DNA of 63,925 nt, taken from contig NC_068986.1 of assembly GCF_001194135.2 (NCBI RefSeq), forward strand, positions 66,444,741-66,508,665, in the 5' to 3' direction. This document shows positions 10,731 through 23,100 of the stretch, one piece after another. Position numbers and translations under genes: made by a program. How positions within the stretch are numbered: the stretch's first letter is position 1; every line of letters begins with the position of its first letter. Under the pieces are notes generated by a model, which did no database searches, was not told where the DNA came from, and saw only the letters and a program-made list of their open reading frames with translations. Source of the stretch: Octopus bimaculoides. Taxonomy: Eukaryota.

Positions 10731-13224
10731 TGGGTCATGGCTGAGCACACCATTTATTCTGGGGTATCTGGTTCATCGTCCCGTCCCCTTCCATCTTCCA
10801 CTGATTTACCCTACCTTTTTTCTTTTCTTTCTTTTCCTTTCTTTCTCTTTTTCCCAGTTTCTTCATATTTAAATTTTATAATTATTTTGATTACAATAAT
10901 TTACTTGAATACTAAACAAAGAAGAAAAAATAAAATAAAAATATGTGTACATATTGACCTTGTTTGTGTTTATGCTTATACTGCTGTTATGGTAATGTTC
11001 TGTCTATTTTTATTTCCTGTAACTAGGTAGTTCAGCAAATAAAAATTGATAAAATAAGTTTCAGATCGAAATAACTACTGTGATATTGATAGGATCAACT
11101 AAATCCTGACAATTCACTCCTTGACTGTAGTCCAATGATTGAAACAGGCAAAAATCAAAAAGAATGCACATCTTCCACATACAGGCAACCACTTAGATCA
11201 TTTCATAAAAATACAGATCTGAAAAAAATAGTTGGAATTAGGATTTTGTAACTCACTGGAGTGAGGCAAGTACAATGGTATTTATCTTGCCTAAAGAAAC
11301 AGCATGTATTAAACAAGAGGATTATCCGTAATTTTACTTATAGTTTGATATTTACCTACAGGCCAACATGTTTGAGACATTTAGAAAGTTAACCTTTAGA
11401 AGACAACAATTTACATGTACTAAAATTACATAATGAAATTTGGATGGGTTTGTGTTAGGAAAGGCATTCAGCTGTAAAAACCATGCCAAAACAGACACAG
11501 AAGTCTGGTACAGGCTCCTGCCTGGCCAGCTCCTGTCAAACCATTTAATCCATGCCAGCATGGAAAGTGGACGGTAAATGATGATGATGATGATGATGAT
11601 GACGATGACGACGACGACAATGACGACGACGATGTCCTTCCTTTGTAACTCCTGATTTTATTTTAAACAAAATTTCAAAACACAAAACTTAAATGACGCA
11701 ACCTCAAGTGAATTCATTAATACATAGTATTACCACTTAATCAATTAAATATTCTCTCTCAATACATACTCCTAATATAATTTAAATTTGATTTTGTAGG
11801 CTAGCATTGAAAATGTGACTATATTAATCTAACTTTGTTTTATGAGTTATAGTTTTGTTTAACAAGATAAGCTAAGCAAAAACTGTGCACAATAAAAATT
11901 CTCAATTTTATTTAATTGGGGATGGTTAACATTACAACATTTATCATATATTAGTAATAATCTGATTCATTCTAGGAATCTTATAAGAAAAATAATAAAG
12001 CTCAGTTATTGTATGATAAGTTTGATGCATTAAAATAGAGAAGCAGAATGGCAAAATTATTAATAAGCATCTAACAAGACTGAAGTAAGTCTGCCTGTTT
12101 AGCATTGCCATTCAATTTCATTATCTTAATTTGTTAAATTTAAAGTGTATTGGATTTCAGAGATATTCTAAGTATTGAATGAACATTAACGACCTTGTGG
12201 TTTATAAAACTGAAGGTCGTATAATTATGTGGTGAGAGAACAAGTACAGAATTACTGAATTAGAATTGATAGCTCACAAGTATTTAAATGAAAGTGATTT
12301 GGATCTCAGAAGTATTTTAAGTGAGTTGAAGATAGTATAGAACTATAACAATAAAGCATTTAGTGCAGGGCTTCTGATAATGTTTAAAACCATAGAAAAT
12401 GCCAGTCTTGCTCTGACTGGCTCTGCATTCCATCTTTTGTTTTGATTGAGTAAAGCTCTGTTTGTTATCTGGAATAATACTCTACTTCAGAGAGTGGAAG
12501 AGAATGCACTTCTAGAAGATATCCTGCATTTATAACTGAGCTAACCTTTATCACCCAGTTCACCACATATATGTATGTATGGATGGATGGATGTGTATAT
12601 ATATGTTTTCTTTGGGATTTATTTTATGTTTTTTCCTTTGCAAGACTCAAGCTGGTCACTAACATAATGAGAAGGCTCTTTTGCCTAAGTCAAGACAGAT
12701 TTTGGTTATTTTCATGCCATAGAACTGCCCATGAAGAGTTGATGAACCTACTCAACAGCAAAAATTTCATTGTTTTTAAAACAATTATTTGTCTATAGAG
12801 TACTGACATGCAAACCAAAGTGTTGATGTTTATAGCTCTTTGTACCATATCTTTGTTAAGACTAATATTCCTCAGTGACTCTTCTCCCCATGTATCTTCC
12901 CTGTAGCAAATAAGTACAAAAAAAGAAAAGAATAGTATTGTTTCACCATTATTGTGGCATCTATTGAATGACAGCTTTTTTTGTTGGGATGCTACACCCT
13001 AAATTTTCCCAATAGTGTTGAAGAAAGCAAATGGAAATCCTTTTCAGTATGTTCTCCCTGTAATTTCAACATCAAGATGTTTACTTGAGGTGGTAGATTT
13101 GAGATTGTTTTTTACCATAACATATGGTCAACTCAAACATCTGTTTTTCTCTTTTTCAATTCATTTCTTAGTAATAATGTTGTTATAAACAATGACTATA
13201 ATGATAATAACACTCTTTATAATC

Positions 13225-14375
13225 AAACAACCTGAGAACTGGCAAGCCAGGAGGCTGAACTAGGCTCCAATCTGATTTGGCAAGGTTTCTACAGCTGGAT
13301 GCCCTTCTTAATGCCAACAACTCTGAGAGTGTAGTGGGTGCTTTTAGGTGCCAATGGCACGGGAGCCAGTCAGGCAGCACTGGTATTGGCTATGCTCGAA
13401 TGGTGTTTTTTATGTGCTACTGGCACAGGTGCCAGTCAAGTGGCACTGGCATTGGCCATGCTTGAATGGTGCTTTTTACATGCCAGGCAGGCAGCGCTGG
13501 CATCGGCCATGCTCAAATTGTGCTTTTTACATGCCACTTGCATGGGTGCCAGTCAAGTAGGACTGGCATTGGCCACAACTATGATTTCACTCAGTTCAAC
13601 AGGTCTTCACAAGCACAGCATATTGACCAACAATTGAAAGGTGCTTTTCAACGGGGCAGTTAAAAAGCATTGGCATCAACCATGACTACGATCTCACTTG
13701 GCTTGCCAGGTCTTCTCAAGCATGACATATCTCCAAAGGTCTTGGTCACTTGTCATTGCCTCTGTAAGGCCCAACGCTCGTAGTCATACTTCATCACCTC
13801 ATCCCATGTCTTCCTGTGTCTACCTCTTCCACAGGTTCCCGCCACTGTTAGGGTGTGACATTTCACATAGCTATCCTCATTTATACATATCACATGACCA
13901 TACCAGCACAGTCGTCTCTCTTGCACACCACATCTGATGCTTCTTATGTCCAACTTTTCTCTCAGAGTGCTTACACTCTGTCATGTATGCACACTGACAT
14001 TACACATCCAGTGGAGCATACTAACTTCATTTCTTTCAAGTCTATGTATGTCCTCAGCAGTCACAGCCCATGTTTCACTGCCATGTAGTATGGCGTACAC
14101 AGGCATCATACAGTCTACCTTTCACTCTGAGCAAGAGGCTCTTTGTTACCAACAGAGATAGGAACTCTCTGAACTTTGCTCAGGCTATTCTTATTCTAGC
14201 AGCTATGCTCTCAGAACATCCACCTCCGCTACTGACTTGGTCACCTAGGTAACGGAAGCTATCAGCAACTTCTAGTTTTTTCCCCTGGCATGTGATAGAA
14301 TCTGTTTTCTGTACATCTTTGGTGTTTATTGCACCTGTGCATCTGTCACACACAAAAACTATCTTCCCCATAACT
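13225..14375 (-). mobile_element. RTE-clade LINE 3' fragment
   Basis: LEVADSFRYLGDQVSSGGGCSESIAARIRIA and IRSIRCGVQERRLCWYGHV...GRGRHRKTWDEV, followed by the family 3' UTR. Confidence 0.92.
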
Positions 14376-14379
14376 TCTG

Positions 14380-16036
14380 CAGTTCCAAAACCAATTCACT
14401 CCAAATTTGGCAAGAATATTACCCATGCTTAATTGACTGTTTTAAACTAATGTTTTGTCAAGTTTATTAGCATTAAATTTGCAATTTACTGGATTAAACT
14501 TAGTTTTTGGCTTACAACTTCCGCCATTTACTCACACGTGAAGGATTGTGGGGCAGTTCTACCTTGCTGATTTGATCTGTTTACATTAGTGTTTACTTAA
14601 ACCCCCCCACTATTATCGCCTATGGTCATGATGCCCCCCACCACTTCAGCACAAATTTTCTCTAATTACCCTCTGCTCATGGTGATAACACAGGGTGAAC
14701 TGCAAGCATGACCTTTGACATGTAGGCGTGAACACTATTAATGTGCACCCCACTTTTTTGATCTGTGTACATTAGTGTTTATTTAACCCCCACCATTATT
14801 GCTTATGGCCATGATGCCCCCTCCTTTACTCACTTCCCCTCCCCCTATTATCGCCAACAACCATAATGCCTCCTTTTCACCACCATTTTCCTTAATGACA
14901 TTATGTCAATGGCCAATATGGAGTGAACTGTGAACATAACCTTTGACCTATGTGTGTGAACACTATTGATTGTCCACTGTAGTGAGCCTATCTGATTAGT
15001 TCTTTGACTGAATTTCATTGGTGGAACACAATTCACCTGATCATGCCAGTGTGAAATTATGATTACTGATGCGCTTCCGAGCATATCTGATATGTGCTTC
15101 GGCTTACAGGTTAGGCCTACCATTTGATCTACATTATTGCTTTAACTTCATACTTCCTGTTGAAATTTTTCATTGTCCCCATACTCAATTAAACTAGCTC
15201 TTTCACACTGTTTCTGCCTACCAGTTTTTAGCTCATGTGCTGTTAAAAAATATTGCATTCAGTGTCTTTGTGTTCACATAGCTAACTGTCTGTCCCTGCT
15301 TCCACCTTTTTTTAATAATATGTTTAGTAGGTTCACTTTTTATACAATGTGCCAAATTTGCTTTTCAGTGTCCCCTTTTGCCCATTTTTTAAAACTCACA
15401 ATTTAAACATAGTCCAATACTACTGCCATGCCATCTAAAAAAAGAATGCACCTTGGCCATAAAACAGAGTCTGCTTCAGCTGCCAAAAGGAGGTGGGCGA
15501 GCCATGTTTTTTTCAAGGCCAGTAATGTAGGATGCTCAAAATTTATTCGTACTTGCCTTAAATGTGGTCTACAGAGAGGTGTTGTAGGCACTTCATGCAC
15601 CAACTGCTTTCAAATTCGTGAACCCCAGTGTCTCCACTACACCAGTGCAACCTTGCAGACCTGATATGTTGTGAGTGCTACTGTAGTTATGCTTTCAAAG
15701 TTACTAACTTTCCTTAACCATGTTTCTTTTCCTTTGTCCAACCTAGGTTTGTCATCTGTTTTCACAGAGTTCCCCATTTCACAGCAACATTTCTATTGCT
15801 TTCAGTGTAGAGGGAAAAAAAGGCCCTTTTCAGGGTCACTTTACATACGATTGTTATACCACCTGAGAACACATTACAGCCCTTTTCAGAACTTCATATT
15901 AAACTGTTACCACTTGGTTTCAGCGGTACTCGGCAACCAATTTGGCATTAACGTTATTTATGACACAGGAAATTTACTAAAGTATCAAAAACATTGTAGT
16001 ATTTGAATCCCAAGCAATCCCAGGTACTTCTGCTAG
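14380..16036 (+). mobile_element. Helitron-like non-autonomous element
   Basis: Ends cccaggtacttctgCTAG|T, has internal imperfect repeats (14560-14650 vs 14760-14830) and a short ORF at 15428-15664. Confidence 0.5.
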
Positions 16037-16831
16037 TATATATATTTATAAATATATATATAAATACATATATGCATGTATGTATGTATGTATGTATGTA
16101 TGTATTGGTAGTTAGCTAGATAAACACAGTCTTGAGATGTATATTTACATGAAACACAGAAAATACAGATTACAGAATCAAGAAAACAATAACAAAAGAA
16201 CTGAAAAATCTTACAGTCTTATCTCAACAACTATTTCAAGAAGCCTATAACTTAATGTAATAACCATATTCATATGTAGCATCTGCAAGATTTCATAGGT
16301 GTGTGTCCTGCAACTGGTCCCAAGGTGTCTTTTCTCATGAGCAAGTCATATGTGATGACAGAAGTACACCTCAATCTCATTGTGAATGGAGGACAAAATT
16401 AAATGATTACAGATAGGCAAAATTACATTCGAAATTTTAAGTCTCTGTATCATCAGTTCACTGATTGTTGCATGTCATCAGCTTATGCATATTCAGTGCA
16501 CATTAGCACTGTCATTGAGAAATATATATACATGATTGGCTTTTCTTCAGTTTCTATCTACCAAATCCACTCACAAGGCTTTGGTTGGCTTGTGATAGTA
16601 CTAGAATACATTTGCCTAAGGTTCTGCACAGTAAGACTGAACTGGGAAGCATGTAGTTTGGAAGCAAATTTCTAATTACACAGTTACACAAGCGCTTATA
16701 ACCATGACTGCACTTAGGATATTTACTTACAAAAAAAAAAAAAAAAAAAAAAAAAAGTAGATATCTGTTAGAGTTTAAATAATGCACTATACTCTAAAGA
16801 GTTAATATGATATCTAATATGTCTTATGTAG

Positions 16832-16883
16832 AATGACAAACCAATGTGTCCTTGGTTGCTAAAGGGATCTTCTGGAAATGATT
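16832..16883 (+). CDS. Candidate orphan gene, exon 3
   Basis: Acceptor gtcttatgtag, donor gtaagt, phase 0 to 1: NDKPMCPWLLKGSSGND. Bridges exons 2 and 4 in frame. Confidence 0.5.
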
Positions 16884-16991
16884 GTAAGTATTCTCTTGAA
16901 TAATACTTCCTTTGTATTAACAAATAGAGTTATTTATGAAAATAACTACTCACACACATGCACACACACACACACATATATATATTGCATA

Positions 16992-17029
<38 letters not shown>

Positions 17030-17983
17030 CACACACACACACCCATAATATATATATGTATGTATATATAAAATAAATTGAAATTGCACTAAGAGTGTAT
17101 ACAAGATGATTTATCTATATTAATATTAATATGCTTCACTGGTTTCATATTTGTGTGGTTTTCAAAGGTGCAAGATTTGAGGGTTGTGAAAGAGTATTGC
17201 GAATGATGCATTTTACGACACAACTCCACATCCCTCATATCTTACACTTTCTAATGTCGGATTCTCTAGGGTTGGAAGCAAACAAAATTTATTCGTACTT
17301 GCCTTAAATGTGGTCTACAGAGAGGTGAAACTGGTTAAGTGTATCAATATAAATATTAATAAATTTTCCTAAACATTCTCAGTGCATTTTCAGCTTCTTT
17401 TATTTCATTTATACTGAAACTATACATACTTATATATATGTAAATGCATGTCAGGACTGAAATCTCATGTGAATGAAATCAAAATAATACTGTAATAAAT
17501 ATGCTTTGAAGATGTATAATTCTCAATTCCTTTTTATGATGTCTTGAATATATACTCTGCATGTTGCATAAAATCTAAGGAAGCAAACTTAGGGTGTATC
17601 TGTCTAGTGAAGTACAGTGTAACTGTTTATCTTAATTTTATATTTTCCCTATCATTCAATGTAGTTAGCTGGAACCAGAGTACTAATAAAGTAGCTGCCC
17701 AGATTCCAAATCCCTATTCCATATATATTTATATATATACATATATTAATATTAGTTTACAGTATTATAAATCCATTATGGCTGATCTTACCAATCAGTT
17801 TTGCATTAGGGGTTCAATGGAGTGTTAGGTAACAGTCCGATTATGTAAGCTGTACTCTTCAGAGGAAGCTGTTAGGAAATGAAATATGGTGACTGCCATA
17901 TTTCATACATGCATACATACACACATACATACATATATATATATATATGCATGTGTGTGTGTGTGTATATATATAAAAAATGA

Positions 17984-18118
17984 ACAGAATGCGATAAAAA
18001 AATCCAAGGCTATGAAAGATTTCAGAACATTTATAAAGAGAAGGTCTTACAGCTGTTTCCGTGTAGAGGCTTACAGCTGTTTCTGTGTAGCCTTGGATTT
18101 TTTATCTCATTCTGTTAA
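17984..18118. repeat. Short fold-back between (TA)n tracts
   Basis: aacagaatgcgataaaaaaatccaaggcta / tagccttggattttttatctcattctgtt. The loop contains a tandem cttacagctgttt duplication. Confidence 0.8.
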
Positions 18119-18353
18119 TTTTTTATATATATGCATGCTAATATATGACCTACGCTGGATTCCTCATTTGTATAATCATCGAACCTGGAGCTTAGCTATA
18201 GTCTGTCCATAGCAATTATTCAGCATTACCTGACACTTTTGGGTCTTCTTGACACCATTACCTCTCATAACCTATATATATGTTGTTATATTTGGGAATG
18301 GTCATCTTTTGTTAGTAAACACATGCATTATTTATTTGATTTTCGCTTTAGCC

Positions 18354-18356
<3 letters not shown>

Positions 18357-18402
<46 letters not shown>

Positions 18403-18442
18403 CATTATTATTATTATCATTATTATTATTATTATTATTATT
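18357..18442. repeat. (ATT)n microsatellite
   Basis: Direct reading; explains the poly-Ile and poly-Leu ORFs. Confidence 0.98.
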
Positions 18443-18585
18443 AGTTTATTTGTTAGAATTCTTTCATCACACATTATGAAGTCTATTCAACGACTTTCTG
18501 TCTCACATACCACAGAAAAACAAAATGGAATAAGCAGGACAAGAGGTGACATGTAAGACAAAAAGTTAGGAAGGGCACGCAAGAT

Positions 18586-19224
18586 TTTCCTCTCAATCTT
18601 TGAATTTTTCCATTGAAAATTTCAAATTGATAAAAGTGATATTTTATGGAAACAAAACTGTAGCTATGTATAAGATTCAGAGAAGGAATCTAAAGTTGAA
18701 ATATAAATTGGAATTGAATAAATATAATTCAACTAAAATTAACATGAAGATAGATGAACACCTTAAGATAATAATGTTGCAAAAATATAAACTAGAAGAA
18801 CAAACTTTAGGTTAGTTAAAATATGTTTGTGACATATAAATTCTTAAGGCAAATTCACTGCAGTTGTCAAGGAGATAAAATTCTCTTTTATGATAAAAGG
18901 TGTAAAAATTGTAGCTTAATGAAAATGAGTCAACATTAGTGATTGAGTTTTTAGTTAAAGCTACAGCTTTAATCTGCCCAGCGTTAATTCCTTTTGGTAT
19001 TTCCCATTGAGGAAGGCTAAAAAGTCAGAAACACAAGACAAGGAATCCACTAGGGGGAAACATTGGATAGATATGGTGTTTTTATTCAATTCCAATTTTT
19101 ATTTTAACTTTGGATTCTCTCTCTGAATCTACAGTTTTGCTACAGCTACAGTTTTGGTTTCATAAAATATCACTTCTATCAATTTGAAATTTCCAATGGA
19201 AAAATTCAAGGATTGGGAAGAAAA
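18586..19224. mobile_element. MITE with ~80-bp terminal inverted repeats
   Basis: tttgaatttttccattgaaaatttcaaattgataaaagtgatattttatggaaacaaaactgtagct is the reverse complement of 19144-19224. Confidence 0.75.
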
Positions 19225-19323
19225 ACTTACATTGAAATTGTTAAAACTAATTTGTTGTTGGCAGATCAAATCCTCTGCTCATATACAGCTGAGAATATTT
19301 AGTGTCTTTGTTCTGTTGTTCAG

Positions 19324-19488
19324 CTACTTCTCTGTCACATATCAAGAATCCTAAGAAACTTCAGTTATCCCACACTCAGCCTATTGACCGCTCAGAGCAT
19401 ACTCGTGCTTTAAATTCAGCTAAAATGAGTAAAGTAGACCTACTGAAGAGGAAATATTGGTATGAAGAACCGAAACCTGTATCTATCT
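19324..19488 (+). CDS. Candidate orphan gene, exon 4
   Basis: Acceptor tctttgttctgttgttcag, donor gtaagt, 165 nt open, phase 1 to 1: TSLSHIKNPKKLQLSHTQPIDRSEHTRALNSAKMSKVDLLKRKYWYEEPKPVSI. Non-repetitive. Confidence 0.65.
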
Positions 19489-20128
19489 GTAAGTTGATTA
19501 TTTTTGGTGATAATTATATTTGTTACGATTGTTTTCTATGAAACTTTTCTAAAATGTTTTGTGCAGAAGTAAGACACATAAACTGATAGAAACACAAATA
19601 AACTGGAAAAGATTGAAGGGCATATAAATAGACTGACAGTGGGACTAGCTATTTAGATAGTTATATCTCGCTTGTTAAAAAGCTGAAGGTGAAGACAAAT
19701 TTCTGGAGTTCATAGCTAAATGGAAATGCTACACTGATTATGCTGCTTTTCGTAGTTATGTTAGGCATAACATAATCATCATCATTATCATGATCCACAT
19801 TTAACATCCATTTTCCATGCTGGCATGGGTTGGGTGGTTTGACAGGAGCTGGCCAAGCTCTACTATTGTCTGCTTTGACATGGTTTTTATGGTTGGAAAC
19901 CCTTCCTAACACCATCACTTTACAGAGTGTACAAAGTGCTTTTTATGAGGCACCAAGAACAGTGAGGTCTGTTGAAGGGAGTCAATACTACACCCCTCAG
20001 TTGTGTGGGTTGTGGTATCGAGGGAAGTGAATTTGTGCCAGATGATGAGAGATTAGAGTATGACAGAGGGACAGAAACAAGTATCTTGCTACAAAGGAGA
20101 TACATGGCTATCCCAGATGGAAAAGGAG

Positions 20129-20159
<31 letters not shown>

Positions 20160-20173
20160 GGGGAGAGAGAGAT

Positions 20174-20211
<38 letters not shown>

Positions 20212-20339
20212 CTGTATCAGAGTATGCTCTCAAGTTGGTTCTTATTCTATCAGTCTCTTTTGTTGAACTGCTTAGTTGCAGGGATGTAAACAAATCAATG
20301 CTAGTTCTATATTTAAGAGATGAGGAATTATATACATTA

Positions 20340-20480
20340 TTTACATTTGATGGATATTTGTCCTCATCTTGTTTGTTGTTAACACAACGTTTTGGCTGAT
20401 ATACCCTCCAAACTTCATCAGGTGTCTTGGGGAAATTTCAAACCTGGGATCTCATTCCTAAGGTATTTTTCGATGTTGTT
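20340..20480 (-). mobile_element. Penelope-like terminal repeat remnant
   Basis: gacacCTGATGAag...atcagccaaaacg, next to (ATT)n. Shares gacacctgatga with the element at 22-375. Confidence 0.45.
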
Positions 20481-20481
20481 G

Positions 20482-20547
<66 letters not shown>

Positions 20548-20789
20548 TCAATGCCTGGAATAATAGATAGAGAACACCACTGGAAATCATGAAAACTAAA
20601 AGAAGCAGCATATATGCTAGGACACAACAACCTCCTAAGCATATGGGAACCGGTATTAAGGAAGGATAGGAAAATATTAGATTTATAAGCCCTAAAATTC
20701 ACTCCATGGCATATGGCATAGTGGTTAAGAGTGCGGGCTACTAACTCCAAGATTCCGAGTTCGATTCCAGTCAGTGACCTGAATAATAA

Positions 20790-21990
20790 TAATAATAATT
20801 AATTCTTGTTTTATTGGCCACAAGGGATAATATAAATCAAAACATGTAAGGACAAACACAGGACAATAAAAAAGAAAGGTCTGTATAAACATTTGATAAC
20901 AACGAAAATATAACAAGTACAAAACTCCCAACAGGGGGAGGTGCTTTAAAGATTACTCATGGAAAAACCCATAAAAGCCTTTTCTCCGTTTTATACCATT
21001 TTTTTTACAGTTGTATTCTCAGAATTGGTCCATCCATACTGGACATTCTTCTGACATTCACCCACCTTTCAACAAATTTGCTACGAGACAACACTTCCCT
21101 CTCTACTCTCACCTTCCTTTTCAAGTGGAACTTGAAAAAGTTGATGAGGCCTTGGCCAAAGAGGAAAGTGTCTGACTTTAGCCCTTTCAAATGGGTCTAC
21201 CATACCACCTCTTTTGCTACAGCCACCAGACAAATGAAAATTGCCTTGCTCTCCCAGTTAAAGGAGGTCGGTGGGGCAATCTTCACTATGGATTCAGCTG
21301 ATAGCTGGATCTGTTCTACATGCGACAGTAGCTGTTTGGCATAAACCCACAGGTCAGCAATATTTGGGCACTGGACAAGTGCGTGCAGAACAGTTTTATG
21401 GCTCTGAGTACACCTTGGGCAGGCCTGGCTGCTGGCACTTCCATGCCGGTAGAGTTTATCTTGAACAGGCAGCGCCCCTCAATAGCGCTGCCAGGCAAGG
21501 GACTTTTGGAAGTTATCCATGGGCCTCAGCCCGAAAGTTCTGCCAAACAAACTGCTTAGCAGATCATCATCGACACCTAGAGTTTCCCCAAGAATGTCTT
21601 TGCACTTTTCCTGCTTGACAGCACTCAAAGTGCCAAGCGCCCTTTCTCGGTGTACGTTTGATCCAAGATTGCAGCTCCGTCAAAGAGACGAGCTGTGGAA
21701 AGGAGAGTCTGATGAACAGTGACCACACCTGCTCACCGTCCAAAAAAGACTTGAGATGCTGTAGCCTGTGCGCATGTCTGCACATCAGCAACCACGGAAT
21801 GCCAAGGCCTCTGTTCAGTGGCTGTTGACAGCAAATGGAGCTCCTGACCAGTGGTACCTGACCCTTCCACAGAAAATGGAAAAGCAAGTGCACCAGCTTG
21901 GTCAACCAGCGGTCAGGTAGCACTTTTGGGTCTACTGTAGGCAATATGTGTTTTTTGTGAGGTCTGGGGGTGGCAAAGGGAAAGGCTACC
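20790..21990 (-). mobile_element. L1/Tx1-like LINE 3' fragment
   Basis: LFHFLWKGQVPLVRSSICCQQPLNRGLGIP...(ORF2 C-terminal region), then AATAAA and a (TTA)n tail at ~20790. Confidence 0.65.
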
Positions 21991-22132
21991 CTAAGCAGCA
22001 CACACTCTAGCTATGCTAGTGACTTTAGTGGTACCCTTAGGATTGAACATGTGACTGATTCTCATGTAACTGAATCTGTGTTGGTTCACATAGCTTTTAT
22101 TTCAGAACTGGATTCTTTTTTATTATTTTCAG

Positions 22133-22197
22133 CCAGCAAATATTCAATGGGTGCAAAGAATCACTTTCTTGGACTTTCTGATGCCCCAAGGAGCTAG
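22133..22197 (+). CDS. Candidate orphan gene, terminal exon 5
   Basis: Acceptor ttttttattattttcag, phase 1: SKYSMGAKNHFLGLSDAPRS*. AATAAA at 22447. Confidence 0.5.
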
Positions 22198-22354
22198 AAT
22201 TCTAACTAACAATTTTCAAGAAGCAATGTTGTTTAATAAGAAACATCTTTCCCTAATGTTTGTGTCTGATAAACTCATCAGTATTCCTGTTTTGATTATG
22301 TGAACAACATATGAATTATGTCATACTTCCAAAATTGAAGTGCTATTTCACATA

Positions 22355-22389
<35 letters not shown>

Positions 22390-22609
22390 TCTCTGTCTCT
22401 CTCACCATCCCATCCACACACATGAAAATTATTAAGTGATTATCTTAATAAATTAATCAACAAAATGCCTAATTGTATTTTTTCTTATGAAAAGTAACTT
22501 TCTTACTGTTGTGAAGGTTATGAAATTTTTTCTCAATTTTAGTTTTGGCAACATCCACAGTTTGTATTGTATGCTCTGGAAGCCTATGTTGAAGCAATTA
22601 CAATGAGTT

Positions 22610-23100
22610 TGACTTGTGTGTCCTATATTTTGTTTTACTGGTGAGTCAGAGAAGGAAGTAATTATGTCCCCATATTTATTTTGGGCCTCAGAAGCTGGAT
22701 CCCCTCTCAAAGACCCTGGCAAAGAGTATCGATGGCTTCGATATCAGAGCTCTGAGAACTATCAAGAACATCAGATGGTGCCATCACATTTCCAACAAAG
22801 AACTGCATGCATGCATCAATCCACAATCTCCCATCTCATAACAATCTGTCACATGCACTGGTGAAGACATGTCCGCTGTTTCCCACTAGATCATCCTACC
22901 AGGGCTTTATTTGATGCAGAAACTGCAGGCTGGAAGAGGCCTCATGGCAGACTCTGCACCAGAAGGCTAGACGTGATTGGGGAGAATCTCCAGAGGCTCA
23001 ACATCACCTTGGAGAACGCAGAGGGGTTGGCATAGGACCACCAGCGATGGAGAGCACTGGTGAACCTGATTGGCTCTACACATGATGACACCTCTGGAAC
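22610..23100 (+). mobile_element. LINE (RTE/L2-type) 3' fragment
   Basis: PILFYW*VRE...IDGFDIRALRTIKNIRWCHHISNKEL...QRWRALVNLIGS, typical of the ORF2 C-terminus. Confidence 0.7.

Noticed and set aside
12571-13140. Possible transposase or exon fragments
   Set aside because: All frames are interrupted, and no motif was convincing enough to name.
19047-19058. CTCF-like motif ccactaggggga inside a MITE
   Set aside because: A single imperfect short match is expected by chance and is common in transposon internals.
20703-20790. tRNA-like sequence ggcatagtggttaagagtgcgggctactaactcc...gagttcgattcc
   Set aside because: It has A/B boxes but no proper acceptor stem and ends in a (TAA)n tail, so it is a SINE head rather than a tRNA gene.
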